Source of the DNA: an uncultured Desulfosarcina sp.
GTDB lineage: Bacteria; Desulfobacterota; Desulfobacteria; Desulfobacterales; Desulfosarcinaceae
Assembly: GCA_963674945.2 (NCBI GenBank)
Contig: CAXXWQ010000004.1
Location: 1,792,001 to 1,856,000, forward strand
Direction: 5' to 3'
DNA length: 64,000 nucleotides
Part shown: one piece after another, positions 28,710 through 39,028 of the stretch
How the letters are laid out: each line of letters opens with the position of its first letter
How positions within the stretch are numbered: the first letter of the stretch is position 1
Translations under genes and position numbers: made by a program
Notes under the pieces: model-generated
Told to the model about the DNA's origin: nothing
What the model saw: only the letters and a program-made list of their open reading frames with translations
Database searches by the model: none

Positions 28710-29243
28710 TTATCGCTTTCCCAATTCTCGTTTTAGACGCCTCATCTCGGAAATGCTCTCTTCCAGTTTGCCAAGCGTCATTTGTCTGAGTTCCGCACCG
28801 GTCGCCACCTTTGCGCCCTCGTAACCGACGATGGTTTCAGCAGGGTACATGAGACCGGTGATGCTCTGGATCGCTACTATAAGGTAGGCTGGTATGGGAT
28901 AGTCGTTTGGTTTGGAAAGGTAGTTGTTGAGCATGTGGATGGTCATTGGATTTCGGCAGGTGGGCGGTTCGGCAGCTACACCTTCCTCGCAACGCCCGAA
29001 GAAGCGGTTGATTTCATCCACCAGTTGGTCCCTGGAACCTCCCCACTCGCGAACCGCCCGCTTGGCCGCCGCCGCGATCTCAACCCCAACCTCGAACTCG
29101 TTCTCGAATTCCGCGCTGGGAGGCCCTTTTTCTATGGCATCCTCGATCTGAATTTTGGTTTCGATGTAGCGGTCGACTTGTTGGCCGAATTCGAAATCGA
29201 ACTGCATCTGATGGGTGTCTATTTTTTGTGATCGTCTAGACAT
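28710..29243 (-). CDS. phage regulatory protein (CII-like, tentative)
   Basis: Homologue of 8334-8867. Confidence 0.6.
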   Translation of the reverse strand: MSRRSQKIDTHQMQFDFEFGQQVDRYIETKIQIEDAIEKGPPSAEFENEFEVGVEIAAAAKRAVREWGGSRDQLVDEINRFFGRCEEGVAAEPPTCRNPMTIHMLNNYLSKPNDYPIPAYLIVAIQSITGLMYPAETIVGYEGAKVATGAELRQMTLGKLEESISEMRRLKRELGKR

Positions 29244-29318
29244 TGACCGCTCCGTGCTTTCTTTTTAAGTATTGGTCATCAAACACATTTTGATTCTGAG
29301 TCCTTTGGGAGGCACACA

Positions 29319-29531
29319 ATGAGTTACGTGATGGTCTGTTCGTCTTCGAGTTGTGATTTTCAGGTGAAAAACAGCACCAAGGATGGAATTGAACGGTATT
29401 GCACTAAATGCGGGTCTGAAAACTTTTGGAAATGCCCGCATTGTGGGAGACCATTCCGAAGGGTAGAAACCCTTTTCTGTTTTGATTGCGGCAAACATAT
29501 CAAGTCCCTGCCAGAGAAAGAGGGTCTTTAG
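29319..29531 (+). CDS. small zinc-ribbon protein, antisense to the early operon
   Basis: Homologue of 8943-9155. Confidence 0.75.
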   Translation: MSYVMVCSSSSCDFQVKNSTKDGIERYCTKCGSENFWKCPHCGRPFRRVETLFCFDCGKHIKSLPEKEGL

Positions 29532-29709
29532 CGCCGCAGACCTCACAGAAGTTGTACGAGTCGAACATGAGTAACTGGCGCTGGCCGCAGCATGGGAAAA
29601 CGGTTTGAAGCGGCCTGAGATCATGGCCGCATTCCTTGCAGAAGTTGTCAGTGGGTGAGAGTCGGTCGGATCCGCACTTGGGGCATAAATGGATGGTTTG
29701 TATCGACAT
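29500..29709 (-). CDS. small double zinc-ribbon protein
   Basis: Homologue of 9124-9333. Confidence 0.75.
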   Translation of the reverse strand: MSIQTIHLCPKCGSDRLSPTDNFCKECGHDLRPLQTVFPCCGQRQLLMFDSYNFCEVCGAKDPLSLAGT

Positions 29710-29762
29710 AACTGGCTATCCTTATTGATTTTATTTTGACTTATTGATAAGCCTTATAAGAC

Positions 29763-30026
29763 TCATGCAGCGCAAGAAGACGGTTCATACAGTCGTGGCC
29801 GCTGGTGCTTGCCCTTGAAATACCAGGCGAAGACCGTTTCCGGCGGTAGATTGATCTCTTTGGAGATGGCCCGCATGAGCGGTTTGGACACCAGGCGGAA
29901 GTTGATCACATCGGAGATGGCCATTTCAGACTTTCCGTATTTTTTGGCCAGACCCTTCTGAGTGATCCCTTTCTTTTTTAATAGGTACTGGATGTCGATT
30001 GGGGTAATGGGTTCCGTGATGGTCAT
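29763..30026 (-). CDS. Ner-like HTH regulator
   Basis: Homologue of 9387-9650. Confidence 0.8.
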   Translation of the reverse strand: MTITEPITPIDIQYLLKKKGITQKGLAKKYGKSEMAISDVINFRLVSKPLMRAISKEINLPPETVFAWYFKGKHQRPRLYEPSSCAA

Positions 30027-30124
30027 AACAACAACCTCCTACTTAGAGTTTAACAACGAGACTTGATCTCGCTATATTATTGATTTCGTAGTGCTTATTG
30101 ATCGGTAAAATGTGGTTTGATCCT

Positions 30125-30355
30125 TTATTTCTGTTCCAGGCGCCACAATACGAAAAGAATCGTCGGCAGTGCCATCAGTTGATAGAGGCACTCGATGTTA
30201 ACTCCGGTTGATTGGCTGCCGCTAAAAGGGGCGCCATTGAAAGCATGGGTAAAATCGATACGTGAGAGTGCGTACACACACCAGGCGGCAATGCAGATGC
30301 GAAATAGTCTTACAAGGGTTCGCTTGGTGAAAAAGGATCGCGTTCGTTGTTTCAT
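30125..30355 (-). CDS. small membrane protein
   Basis: Homologue of 9748-9978; start at MKQR. Confidence 0.6.
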   Translation of the reverse strand: MKQRTRSFFTKRTLVRLFRICIAAWCVYALSRIDFTHAFNGAPFSGSQSTGVNIECLYQLMALPTILFVLWRLEQK

Positions 30356-30371
30356 AATAGGATCCCCAGGC

Positions 30372-30551
30372 TTATGTGGTCCTGATGGAAAAGGTGACGG
30401 TGGATCGGAACCTTGGGTGAGCGTCATCCATGATGTTGAACAGGTACATGAGTCTTCCGACGGTGTGCCGTTCGTCCCACACCCCAACGAACTCGAGGAA
30501 CTGGGGGGCAACATTGTTGAGGCGGGCTGCGTTATTTAAAATGGTTTGCAT
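30372..30551 (-). CDS. first early gene, 59 aa hypothetical (not in ORF track)
   Basis: Homologue of 9995-10174. Confidence 0.65.
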   Translation of the reverse strand: MQTILNNAARLNNVAPQFLEFVGVWDERHTVGRLMYLFNIMDDAHPRFRSTVTFSIRTT

Positions 30552-30610
30552 GGTCGACCTCGTGTTTTCCCTTTATGTAATTTCTAATTTTTAGTGTTTT
30601 ATAGATAAGA

Positions 30611-30666
30611 CTCATATTGCATATTTAGTTAATTCGTCAAGGATAAAATTGCTTAAATGGTTAATT
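30611..30666 (-). promoter_or_regulatory. early promoter with operator pair, copy 2
   Basis: TTGACG on minus strand (30635-30640) flanked by ATTGCATATTTAGTTAATT (30616) and ATTGCTTAAATGGTTAATT (30648). Confidence 0.65.
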
Positions 30667-31214
30667 TTGTCGACATAATCAAGCGAGTCAGGGAATTAAG
30701 GAACTTGTCGTCTGATAAGGAATTTGCTGAAAAATTAGGACTTTCTGCGCCAGACTTTAGCAAGCGGAAAAAGACAGGGACCTTGCTACCTTTAATTGTT
30801 GATTGGGGAATTAACGAAAGAGTTAATCTGGATTGGCTCCTGACCGGTAATGGACATCCATATAAAAAGGATGAACAACAGATTGAAGAGATTGAACCAG
30901 CAACACCACCTACGCCAAACAATGCGATTGAATTCAAGCATATGGAGGTAGTTAAAACATTTAAAAACAAAGAGTTAGCAAAGGAGTTGAGCATAATCCT
31001 CAAGGAAATAGAGGACCTGGATAGCGATCATCTAAGGGAAGTTAAAGGGATCTTACGATCAGAGCTATCCATGCTGAGATTAACCAGCCAATCCTACACC
31101 GGGGAAGATCGTCGTAAAGTTCAGCGCAGAACAGCCGATACTAACGTTATGCCAGGGGGGATAGAACGCCGCAGCGGGGAAGACCGCCGGAAGGCCTCGG
31201 GCGGCGATCATTAA
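30657..31214 (+). CDS. CI-type HTH prophage repressor with Arg-rich C-terminal tail
   Basis: IIKRVRELRNLSSDKEFAEKLGLSAPDFSKRKK..VNLDWLLTGNG; C-terminal half shared with copy 1. Confidence 0.85.
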   Translation: MVNFVDIIKRVRELRNLSSDKEFAEKLGLSAPDFSKRKKTGTLLPLIVDWGINERVNLDWLLTGNGHPYKKDEQQIEEIEPATPPTPNNAIEFKHMEVVKTFKNKELAKELSIILKEIEDLDSDHLREVKGILRSELSMLRLTSQSYTGEDRRKVQRRTADTNVMPGGIERRSGEDRRKASGGDH

Positions 31215-31441
31215 CGGAATGTGACAGGAGCGGTCCCTGGCCATGTCCATATAAAGATGTGTGCGAACGCGGTAATATGTTTTGTATCTGGAGTGAAAAA
31301 TGTAATTGCCCTGAGCGCCTGGCGGCAAGTTGATTACACCTGAGGATTGTTATGGAAAAGGAAGCCGGGATAAAGAATTTGCACCAATATATAAAGGGGA
31401 CGATCAGATCCGCCGAAAGTTGATGCTGAGAAAGGAAATAC

Positions 31442-31981
31442 ATGCCTGTTGAAAAAGCCCGAGGCGACAGAGGGTCAACCAAATATCCTGGCGAAAAAGA
31501 AAAGGCGATTGCATTCGTAAAAGCCGATCCGGATGCCAAAGGTAAAAAAATCAAAGATATTTTAGGATTGAAGGCCTCCGGCAACCTGATCAACACCTGG
31601 CTCCGCGATCACAAACGCAAACCCCAAAGCCAACAACCCCAACCTAAAACTGAAGAAAGAAACGATCCACCAAAAAACAATAACGCCTTGGAGCAAAATC
31701 TGTTTTGCAGTTTTTGCGGAAAGAGCCAGTTTGAGGTGCATAAGCTAATTGCCGGCCCGGCAGTCTACATCTGCGACGAATGCATCCAGCTTTGCTCGGA
31801 AATTATCGATGAGGCATCGGATGATGAATTTTTGGAAAAGCATAGAGCGAAAGATTTCATCCGGAACATTAGGTATATCGAAAAAAATAGCATCATCGCG
31901 TTCGAAAACACATGCGCCTATATAAAAGGTGTGGTGGATTGCCTGGATAGGTTTAAAAGCTCGAAACACCGAAAAAGATGA
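31442..31981 (+). CDS. ClpX C4-type zinc-finger fusion protein
   Basis: One substitution vs 11065-11604. Confidence 0.85.
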   Translation: MPVEKARGDRGSTKYPGEKEKAIAFVKADPDAKGKKIKDILGLKASGNLINTWLRDHKRKPQSQQPQPKTEERNDPPKNNNALEQNLFCSFCGKSQFEVHKLIAGPAVYICDECIQLCSEIIDEASDDEFLEKHRAKDFIRNIRYIEKNSIIAFENTCAYIKGVVDCLDRFKSSKHRKR

Positions 31982-32395
31982 GGCCAAAAAATAAAAAATA
32001 GCGTTTTGTTTGGCCGCGGCCAGATTTAAAAACCTGCAACACCACTTTTTGCTCCACCACTGCGGCTCTCCTCGCAGCGTTCCAGATCCAAAATATAGAA
32101 TAATTACCGTTTCCAGATCTACCGATAACCTATAGTGCACACGAATATGAAAAATGAAAAATAGGGCAAAGATATCCTAATATTGCAGTATCTGCATAGT
32201 ATTTAATCAGTTTTACAATATCCTTGTATTTGCCAGTTTGGTTAAGAATGGCTAAAACGACCAAAATACAGGCACTTTGGAACGAAAACAAGCTCACTGT
32301 ATGATATTAATGTTTTGCTTAAGGAAGTAATTAATGACTTCAATTGCTGATTCGGATGCATACCTAAGGGCTCGCGCAAAAATAAATTCACATTT

Positions 32396-33319
32396 TCATG
32401 GTGAGATCGAATAGTTCCAATTTGGCCGTTGAGTATATCGTCTCAAGTTTATTTGATGCATTTGTTGGTCGGAGACCTTTTTACCTTTACGGTAATTCTT
32501 GTTGTTAAGAAAAACGCGGATTTTCAACCCTGTCGCGGTTTTGGTCGAACGAATGAATTTCAACACAGTTTCGTAATCAAGCAAGGGTTGTGCTGCCCAG
32601 TTGTTGCTAATGAAAGAAAACATACGGTGTTCGATGGGATTCCACTTGGAGGAACCGGGTGGATAATGACATACTTTGACCTTCAGGCCGAAGCGGCTGC
32701 AAAGACGGATCTGCAGCTGCTGTTTCCAAAGCCGGATTCTGTAGCCATTGCTTCCACCACAATCGGCCAGAATGAGCAGACGATCGGCATCAGGATAGTG
32801 GCGAGAACCAACTTTTTGCCACCATGTACGGATAGAATCTACGGCAAACTCGGAAGTATCGCGACTGGTGCCAACACATACAAAGCCCTTGTTTTGAATA
32901 ATGTCATAGATACCGTATGGGATCGCAACACCATTGGCGTCAGAGGGGAAATCATGATCCAAGACTTTTATCGGTGCTTGGCTCCATCGACGCCCGGCCT
33001 GATGGAACGGTCCTATTAGTTCTCGGCTTTTGGTATCAACACTGATCACGGGCATTCCGTCGGCTTTATAGCAGCGTATCTGGCTGCGAAGATAGCGAAA
33101 CTGTAAATCACGCTGGTGGGGATCGGGTGGTTTACTCTGCCCGGATTCAAGACATTTAAGATTCAAGCGTAGGGAATAGTTCATTTGCTTTAACAATCTA
33201 CCCACTGTTTTGGCCGATACCCGGATGCCGGCACGTTTCAATTGTTGGGCGATTTTTCCTGTGGTCTTGCGTGTCCACTTACACCCACTTACCGGATCAC
33301 CAGCGGTCTCGTGCTCCAT
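32396..33319 (-). CDS. ISAzo13 transposase, catalytic part
   Basis: TAGDP, VISVDTK, ADCGGSNG, SKWNPIEHRMFS; frame extends upstream to the A8 run. Confidence 0.9.
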   Translation of the reverse strand: MEHETAGDPVSGCKWTRKTTGKIAQQLKRAGIRVSAKTVGRLLKQMNYSLRLNLKCLESGQSKPPDPHQRDLQFRYLRSQIRCYKADGMPVISVDTKSRELIGPFHQAGRRWSQAPIKVLDHDFPSDANGVAIPYGIYDIIQNKGFVCVGTSRDTSEFAVDSIRTWWQKVGSRHYPDADRLLILADCGGSNGYRIRLWKQQLQIRLCSRFGLKVKVCHYPPGSSKWNPIEHRMFSFISNNWAAQPLLDYETVLKFIRSTKTATGLKIRVFLNNKNYRKGKKVSDQQMHQINLRRYTQRPNWNYSISP

Positions 33320-33336
33320 GATGACGGCGATGGCGT

Positions 33337-34164
33337 CTATGATTTCGGGCGTTTTTTTTCTTGCAGAAGGCGCCCGCCTCCTGCTGCCCGAACTTTTTGG
33401 GTACTCAAATCGCCGCTGATCAGTTCTTGTCGACCACGTGCTACGGTATGAGGATCCATGCCAAGCAGCGATGCGATGTAGGCGTCACCGCCGTGGCCCA
33501 ACTTTAACGATTCAAGCCCGGCGTATAGCCGGCGTTGGCGTTCATCGAGCATACTGCAAAAAAGAACAATTATGGCCTTGGCCTCTTCTGCGGCCAAGTC
33601 GGGATTGGTTACGATAACAGAAGCCAAGGACTTTTTTAAACGGGATTTGCGAACTTTCTCCTGTCTGCGAGCAACAACGTTTTCAGGAGACAGATAAATG
33701 TAGACAGCCTCGAATTTTTTACGCTGAAGCCGGTTGTCGCGTACCAGTTGGGTCAACGCATGTTTGGTCTTGACGTGCAAAATATCTTTTAGTTCGGCGG
33801 CGCTGTACCCCGCCTCTGATCGGGCAACAAGGGTCTCGGCTGTTTGAAGCAAATTACCGAAACGTGAAAACCAAACATATTTGCAAGACCAAAGGCCAAG
33901 TTTAGAAAATCGCGCAATGCATAAAAGAGTATAAAATTTACCTCGATGCGAATAACTGCTCAGATACTTCAGCTGCGCCAATTTTCGAAACAGCGTTGCT
34001 CGAGCCGGATTTCCAAGCGCCTCTTGAAGTTGATTAAAAGTGGCGATTTTGTGAACACCAAAGAAATCCTTTATGTCTTGGAGATGGTATTTTGTCTTAT
34101 TCATAATGATACAATTAGCCCTACAGGTCGATTCTGTCAAGGCCAATGATCTCATTATGAGCAA
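33337..34164 (-). CDS. ISAzo13 transposase, N-terminal part
   Basis: LDERQRRLYAG...GHGG...TVARGRQEL...RAAGGGR; ends just after the A8 run at 33352-33359; start uncertain. Confidence 0.8.
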   Translation of the reverse strand: MLIMRSLALTESTCRANCIIMNKTKYHLQDIKDFFGVHKIATFNQLQEALGNPARATLFRKLAQLKYLSSYSHRGKFYTLLCIARFSKLGLWSCKYVWFSRFGNLLQTAETLVARSEAGYSAAELKDILHVKTKHALTQLVRDNRLQRKKFEAVYIYLSPENVVARRQEKVRKSRLKKSLASVIVTNPDLAAEEAKAIIVLFCSMLDERQRRLYAGLESLKLGHGGDAYIASLLGMDPHTVARGRQELISGDLSTQKVRAAGGGRLLQEKKRPKS

Positions 34165-35090
34165 CAGGACAATATATTGCTATTTAGCCAATTATACGGA
34201 TTTGTTGCAAACAACCATAGGATAGTTAATGAGACTATTAGCCTCATAATATGTTAAATTATTTTTGCGCGAGCCCTAAGCTCAGAAAGAATGTTGTCGC
34301 AGCACCAATCTGCGCTCACAATCTTGCAGGGCATGGTAGCTAATCCTGCTATTTCAGAAATAAAATGGTTGGATTTGGCTAGTGGTAGAGGGCAAATCAT
34401 CGCACACTTAAGCAGAAATTTAAGCGACGATGAGAGAAAAAAGATCCACTTCCTAGGTTATGATGTTGATAATGCAAATACTAGAGACGCTGCTCGTATA
34501 TCTCAAAATCTAAAATTATCGAAAGCATCATTTGAAATAGGTGATTTATCAACTTTTCACGAACATTCAACAACGGTTGGCCCCTGGGATTTCTTGACAT
34601 TAACAAATACAATCCATGAAATTTCCACATCTTCTTTTTCTAGAATTATCATAAACTGTCTAACAAGGTTATCCGACAGAGGGTGTCTATTCATTTATGA
34701 TATGGAGAGCTTACCATCCCCCGAGTTGGGGGCAGTGTTGTGGACAGCTCCTGAAATTAGATCAATTCTTACAAAAATCTTTATAGATTTTGGCTGTGAA
34801 AAATACCGACCTTCAGTTGGAACTTGGTCTCATAAGACTTGTGATGGTTGGAACGTTCAAATACAAAGACAACATATTGATTTCCCAGATGGGTATTTAG
34901 AAAGGGCCAACGAAGTCATTGGTTCAACAGCAAGACACATAGAAGAGCTCCTTAAGGATAAATTTCGCCAAGTCACTGGCGCATTAGAAAGCCTCACGAA
35001 ATTTGGATCTGAAACTGGTGAGGAATCCCAGGCAAAGGAAAAACTTCTATTTGATTATTGGGCAATATCTCGTGCCCTGGAGGGAACACG

Positions 35091-35936
35091 ATGAAAAAAA
35101 TATTTATATCACATGGGGAGTATGATTCGAATTTATCTTTTTTCCTCAAGGAAGAATTGATGTCTGAAGGGTTTGAAGTTTTTCAGGCAAACGAAATAAA
35201 TATTGGCAGTGATATTAATAACGAAGTTTTTTCGGCAATTCGTCGTAGTGATATCGTTATCGCAATCATAAAAGAGGCAAGCTCTAATGTAATGTTTGAA
35301 TTGGGCTATGCACTTGGTGCATCTAAAAAAGTTATTCTGGTTGGAGATAAAAGCACAAGAGTACCATTTGATATATCTGCATTGCCAGTAATACATGTGG
35401 ATCCATATGACCGCAGTGCTTTACATGATTTGATTTTCAAACTTAGGAAAGAACCTTCGCTTGTACAAGTTGAAACTGTTCTTAGCCAAGATCCAAGAGA
35501 TGCATTAATTCGGCTGGCAGAAGAACCTAGCTTGATAGATCAAATTCAACCACGGGACTTTGAGGAAATTATCTGTTCGTTCTTCCAGGTAATTGGTTTC
35601 ATGCCAGAAATGTTACCTCCTAGAAATGACGTAGGCTATGACATTCTCTTGAACGATGTCGGGGGCATTGGGAATGTTGTCGTAGAAGTTAAAAAACATA
35701 ATCGCAATAGTCGAACTTCTGTTAGCGAAGTTCAGCGGATTATAGGGGCTTCAGTTATCGAACAAGCTGCAGCGGCAATTCTCATAACATCAGGAGGTTT
35801 TACAAATTCTGCAGTTTATTTTGCAGAGAATGCACCTGTGCCTTTGTTGCTTTTCACAATTGAAGAACTAATCAATGAATCAAAAGAAAGCATAACGAAT
35901 CAATTCAAGCGACGAGAAGAAGCTCAGCGGCGCTGA
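35091..35936 (+). CDS. TIR/NDT-like domain fused to Mrr-type restriction endonuclease
   Basis: IFISH...NVMFELGYALG; PRDFEEII...DVGYD...VEVKK...ITSGGFT; ATGA overlap with methyltransferase stop. Confidence 0.85.
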   Translation: MKKIFISHGEYDSNLSFFLKEELMSEGFEVFQANEINIGSDINNEVFSAIRRSDIVIAIIKEASSNVMFELGYALGASKKVILVGDKSTRVPFDISALPVIHVDPYDRSALHDLIFKLRKEPSLVQVETVLSQDPRDALIRLAEEPSLIDQIQPRDFEEIICSFFQVIGFMPEMLPPRNDVGYDILLNDVGGIGNVVVEVKKHNRNSRTSVSEVQRIIGASVIEQAAAAILITSGGFTNSAVYFAENAPVPLLLFTIEELINESKESITNQFKRREEAQRR

Positions 35937-35978
35937 TGCGGCTATCTTTTGACCCGCGCCTGATTTTGGTCGTTTTGA
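35890..35978 (+). other. attC-like site
   Basis: GCATAAC-5nt-AATTCAAG ... CCTGATT-6nt-GTTTTGA with one extrahelical base and an internal hairpin. Confidence 0.65.
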
Positions 35979-36110
35979 TAAAGATTTATGAATAAGAACG
36001 AATGCACACCACCAAAAGATGTTGATTGGAGCGAAATTGAAATCTATAAGCTCGAATTTGAGTATTTAAAGCATCTAACCACAATTTGCACAGGTTCTAT
36101 CTTATTAATA

Positions 36111-37861
36111 CCTAAATTTTGCACGACGAATCATAAATAAGGAAGAAACCATCTGGGAATCCTGTTATAAAGGGAGGTGACATGCTTCCACAATAAAAAC
36201 AGGAGGTACCCAGATGGTAAAATCAAGTAAATCAAAAAGCCGTAAAAACCGCAAGAACAAAGGGTTTAAGAAAAACGCTGCCAAGGCCAGAAAAATCAAC
36301 GCTTCTACGCCGCATGAGACATGCAGCGAGCAACTAAGTCCATTTGGCGGGCTTTTAGCGATGATCAAATTTTTCGATTTGATCGATTTCAAACAAATAT
36401 TTAACTCCACCTATCATGCGCCTGTCCGGCAGCCAAAGCTGGGCCACTATTCGATGGTGGCAGGACTTCTGATGCTACTGTTTATAGGCTTTAACAGAAT
36501 CTGGCATTTTACCTACATCCGACTCGATGCCATGCTGTGTGGATTTTTCCGACTGACAAAGTTGCCGGTGTCGAGCACCTTCTGGCGATACCTTGACAGC
36601 TTGGGAATTAACCAAGCCCAGTCCCTTCAGAAGCTCATGAGCATTCTGCGAGAACGGGTGTGGCAACAACTGGGTTTCAATTATTACCGGATATGCATCG
36701 ATATCGACACCACCGTCGAGACGCTGTACGGCAATCAGCAAGGAGGCAGGAAAGGCCATAACACCAAAAACCGGGGAAAGAAAGGTTACCGTCCGGTGCT
36801 GTGCTTCATTGAGCAGACCCGGGAGTGTCTTATCGGAAAGCTTCGAAAAGGTGAAACACTCAGTGGCAAACAGACCGCTGCCTTTATCCTCCAGACAAAA
36901 TCCCATTTACCCGGTTGTGTTCGCCAAGTCCTGCTGCGGGCCGATGGAGAGTTCCTGAGCTGGGAAAGTGTCCAGACTGCAAGACACTGCGGCTATGACT
37001 TCATCATCGCCAACAAGAGATGCGACCCGCCCTTTGATCCGAGAGGTTGGTATCGGCCCTGGAAACGCAAGGATGTTGAGTATAACAGCTGCGTCTATCA
37101 GCCCCTTGGTTGGGATACCCCGTGCCGGTTTGTGGCCATGCGTATACCGAAAGCCAAATCAACTTCAAACCAGCAAGTGCAATGCCTACTCTTTGAAGAC
37201 GACAACTATACATACCGGATATTCTGCACGAACCTTTCAGGGCCGGCCCATGAGGTGGTCAGCAAGTATGATAAACGCGCTGACGTTGAAAACCTGGTGG
37301 GTGAGGCCAAACGTGAAGGGCTTGAGGCCATCCCATCAGCAAAGTTCAAAAACAATTATGCGTTCTTTCAACTTGTAGTGCTGTCGTATAACATTTGGCG
37401 TTACATCAAGATGCTTGCCGCCATGAGCCAGGACAGAAAAAAGATGCCGCATTTAAAAACGGTGGCATCCAATACAATCCGGATCGCCAGGTTGAAGCTG
37501 CTTTTCATTGCCGCAAAAGTTGTCAAAGATCAAAACCGTGACAAGGTCAAGTTCTCCGTACACGATGCGAGAACGCCCGCGATGATCCATTTTCTCGACT
37601 TCCTGGATCAAGCGCGATTGAAACCGAAGCCGTGGAGACAAGTGGCATGTTGAACGTCTGCGTAACTCGGGAAAATATCATGCAAGAATTTTTTTTCACG
37701 ACAATTTCCTTTGTATATGGGCAGTTAAACGAAACACGTGCAAACCGTATACTTCACACTAAAGGCAACGATCATGTGTTAGAGTAGAAAACGAACTCTT
37801 CGTCATTTTGAAAAAATTGGCCACCGTGGCCAATTAAAGCTAATTGCGTGCAAAATTCAGG
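36111..37861 (+). mobile_element. IS1380-family insertion sequence
   Basis: IRs CCTAAATTTTGCACG / CGTGCAAAATTCAGG; TAATA duplication at 36106-36110 and 37862-37866. Confidence 0.9.
36214..37653 (+). CDS. IS1380 transposase
   Basis: IDIDTT, GYRP, LRADGEF, YDKRADVENLVGEAK. Confidence 0.9.
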   Translation: MVKSSKSKSRKNRKNKGFKKNAAKARKINASTPHETCSEQLSPFGGLLAMIKFFDLIDFKQIFNSTYHAPVRQPKLGHYSMVAGLLMLLFIGFNRIWHFTYIRLDAMLCGFFRLTKLPVSSTFWRYLDSLGINQAQSLQKLMSILRERVWQQLGFNYYRICIDIDTTVETLYGNQQGGRKGHNTKNRGKKGYRPVLCFIEQTRECLIGKLRKGETLSGKQTAAFILQTKSHLPGCVRQVLLRADGEFLSWESVQTARHCGYDFIIANKRCDPPFDPRGWYRPWKRKDVEYNSCVYQPLGWDTPCRFVAMRIPKAKSTSNQQVQCLLFEDDNYTYRIFCTNLSGPAHEVVSKYDKRADVENLVGEAKREGLEAIPSAKFKNNYAFFQLVVLSYNIWRYIKMLAAMSQDRKKMPHLKTVASNTIRIARLKLLFIAAKVVKDQNRDKVKFSVHDARTPAMIHFLDFLDQARLKPKPWRQVAC

Positions 37862-38134
37862 TAATAATTGCCTTTCTTGAAAAATTGTTTAGCAAACCTG
37901 AGTGGAAAGGTGCTGTTGCTGTGGCATTTGTTAGCTTTTTAGGATCAATTATTCTTTGTTCAGTAGCACAGGCACTGATTATTGAGAAAGTGTCGGAAAG
38001 ACAAAGCATTGCGCATAGGAAATCAGTTCAAAATTGGACAATTGGACTGCTTATACTTGCATTAATTGCTTATGTCTCAGGAATAATTTGCCTTGTCGCT
38101 TTTGGGCTAAAAAACCTACTTTAAGGGACTGCAA

Positions 38135-39019
38135 ATGGAAAAAGTTGCTGCTACAGTAAAATTGCATTTCGATGGAGATATTGCTGCTGGTCATCAAATA
38201 CCAATAAGGGTTCTTGGGCAGAGTCTTTTGCATATGCAAAAGGCAATAGATCGTGCATACCTTGATATAAAATATGGTGGTGTTTGGAAAAACGCGAGGA
38301 TGAAATCAGAAGATTACGAAATTTCTGAGTTTATAGCTCAGGCTCCACAAGAAGGTGGGTATATTTTCGATTTTTTTTCAAGCATAAGGGATTCTGCTCG
38401 AATAGTTGACAGGGTTTCATCAGCTATAAATGAGGCTAAAGCTCAAGCTTCTCTACAAATAGAACTCATTAAGGATCAAGCTGTCGATTTGAAACAGAAA
38501 TTAGAAAGCAAGCTAATTAAACCAATTGGCTTTCAAACCTTCTTTCGGAATAAAAACAACGAAATAATAAGAGAATATGGAGATAGATCAATCGCTAAAG
38601 AGATTGATCAAGTGGTTGCACCATTAAGGCAAGATTATTCAGGTGACAGCAATTTGGTATTAGTGCTTGCTGGCACATCGTCACAAAAATTCGAATTTGA
38701 CAGACAAACAAGCAATAGATTCCACCAAGTGGTTGCAAGACGCAACTTGTCAAAGCCCTTGATATACCGTGGGAAATTAAAAGTTTTAGATAAAATTAAT
38801 TTAAGAGGTAAATTTGAAAATACAGAAAACAACAAAATTTCAATAATTCACTTTGGGTGTATTGATGATCTTTTAAAAGCTCATCCTTTTCTGGGTACCG
38901 AAGCTGAGATGGTTTTTATAGGCTCTCCAATAATCGAATTTGGTTCAATCGAACCAAATTCTGGTGATGTATATTTTTTAAATATCGCAAATACAGATGA
39001 TTCGAAAGATGTAGCCTAA
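38135..39019 (+). CDS. cargo hypothetical protein (294 aa)
   Basis: AT-rich ORF 10 bp after the TM gene; LHFDG..GHQI..RVLGQSL. Confidence 0.75.
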   Translation: MEKVAATVKLHFDGDIAAGHQIPIRVLGQSLLHMQKAIDRAYLDIKYGGVWKNARMKSEDYEISEFIAQAPQEGGYIFDFFSSIRDSARIVDRVSSAINEAKAQASLQIELIKDQAVDLKQKLESKLIKPIGFQTFFRNKNNEIIREYGDRSIAKEIDQVVAPLRQDYSGDSNLVLVLAGTSSQKFEFDRQTSNRFHQVVARRNLSKPLIYRGKLKVLDKINLRGKFENTENNKISIIHFGCIDDLLKAHPFLGTEAEMVFIGSPIIEFGSIEPNSGDVYFLNIANTDDSKDVA

Positions 39020-39028
39020 AACTTCAAT

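Larger units (their letters stand above)
32368..34276 (-). mobile_element. ISAzo13-family insertion sequence
   Basis: IR GGGCTCGCGCAAAAA at both ends; TAA duplication at 32365-32367 and 34277-34279. Confidence 0.9.
32334..35094 (+). pseudogene. class I SAM-dependent methyltransferase interrupted by IS at codon 12
   Basis: Removing the IS restores MTSIADSDAYLSSERMLSQHQ...; motif WLDLASGRGQ; remainder open 34291-35094. Confidence 0.8.
35988..38124 (+). pseudogene. 126 aa three-TM membrane protein interrupted by IS1380
   Basis: Removing the IS joins ...TTICTGSILLI to IAFLEKLFSKPEW... in frame. Confidence 0.8.

Noticed and set aside
2017..32090. The 10 kb duplication as an assembly artefact
   Set aside because: Copies differ by many scattered synonymous changes, swapped modules, an extra gene and different cargo.
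34291..35936. Classical type II restriction-modification system
   Set aside because: Methyltransferase lacks DNA-methylase catalytic motifs.
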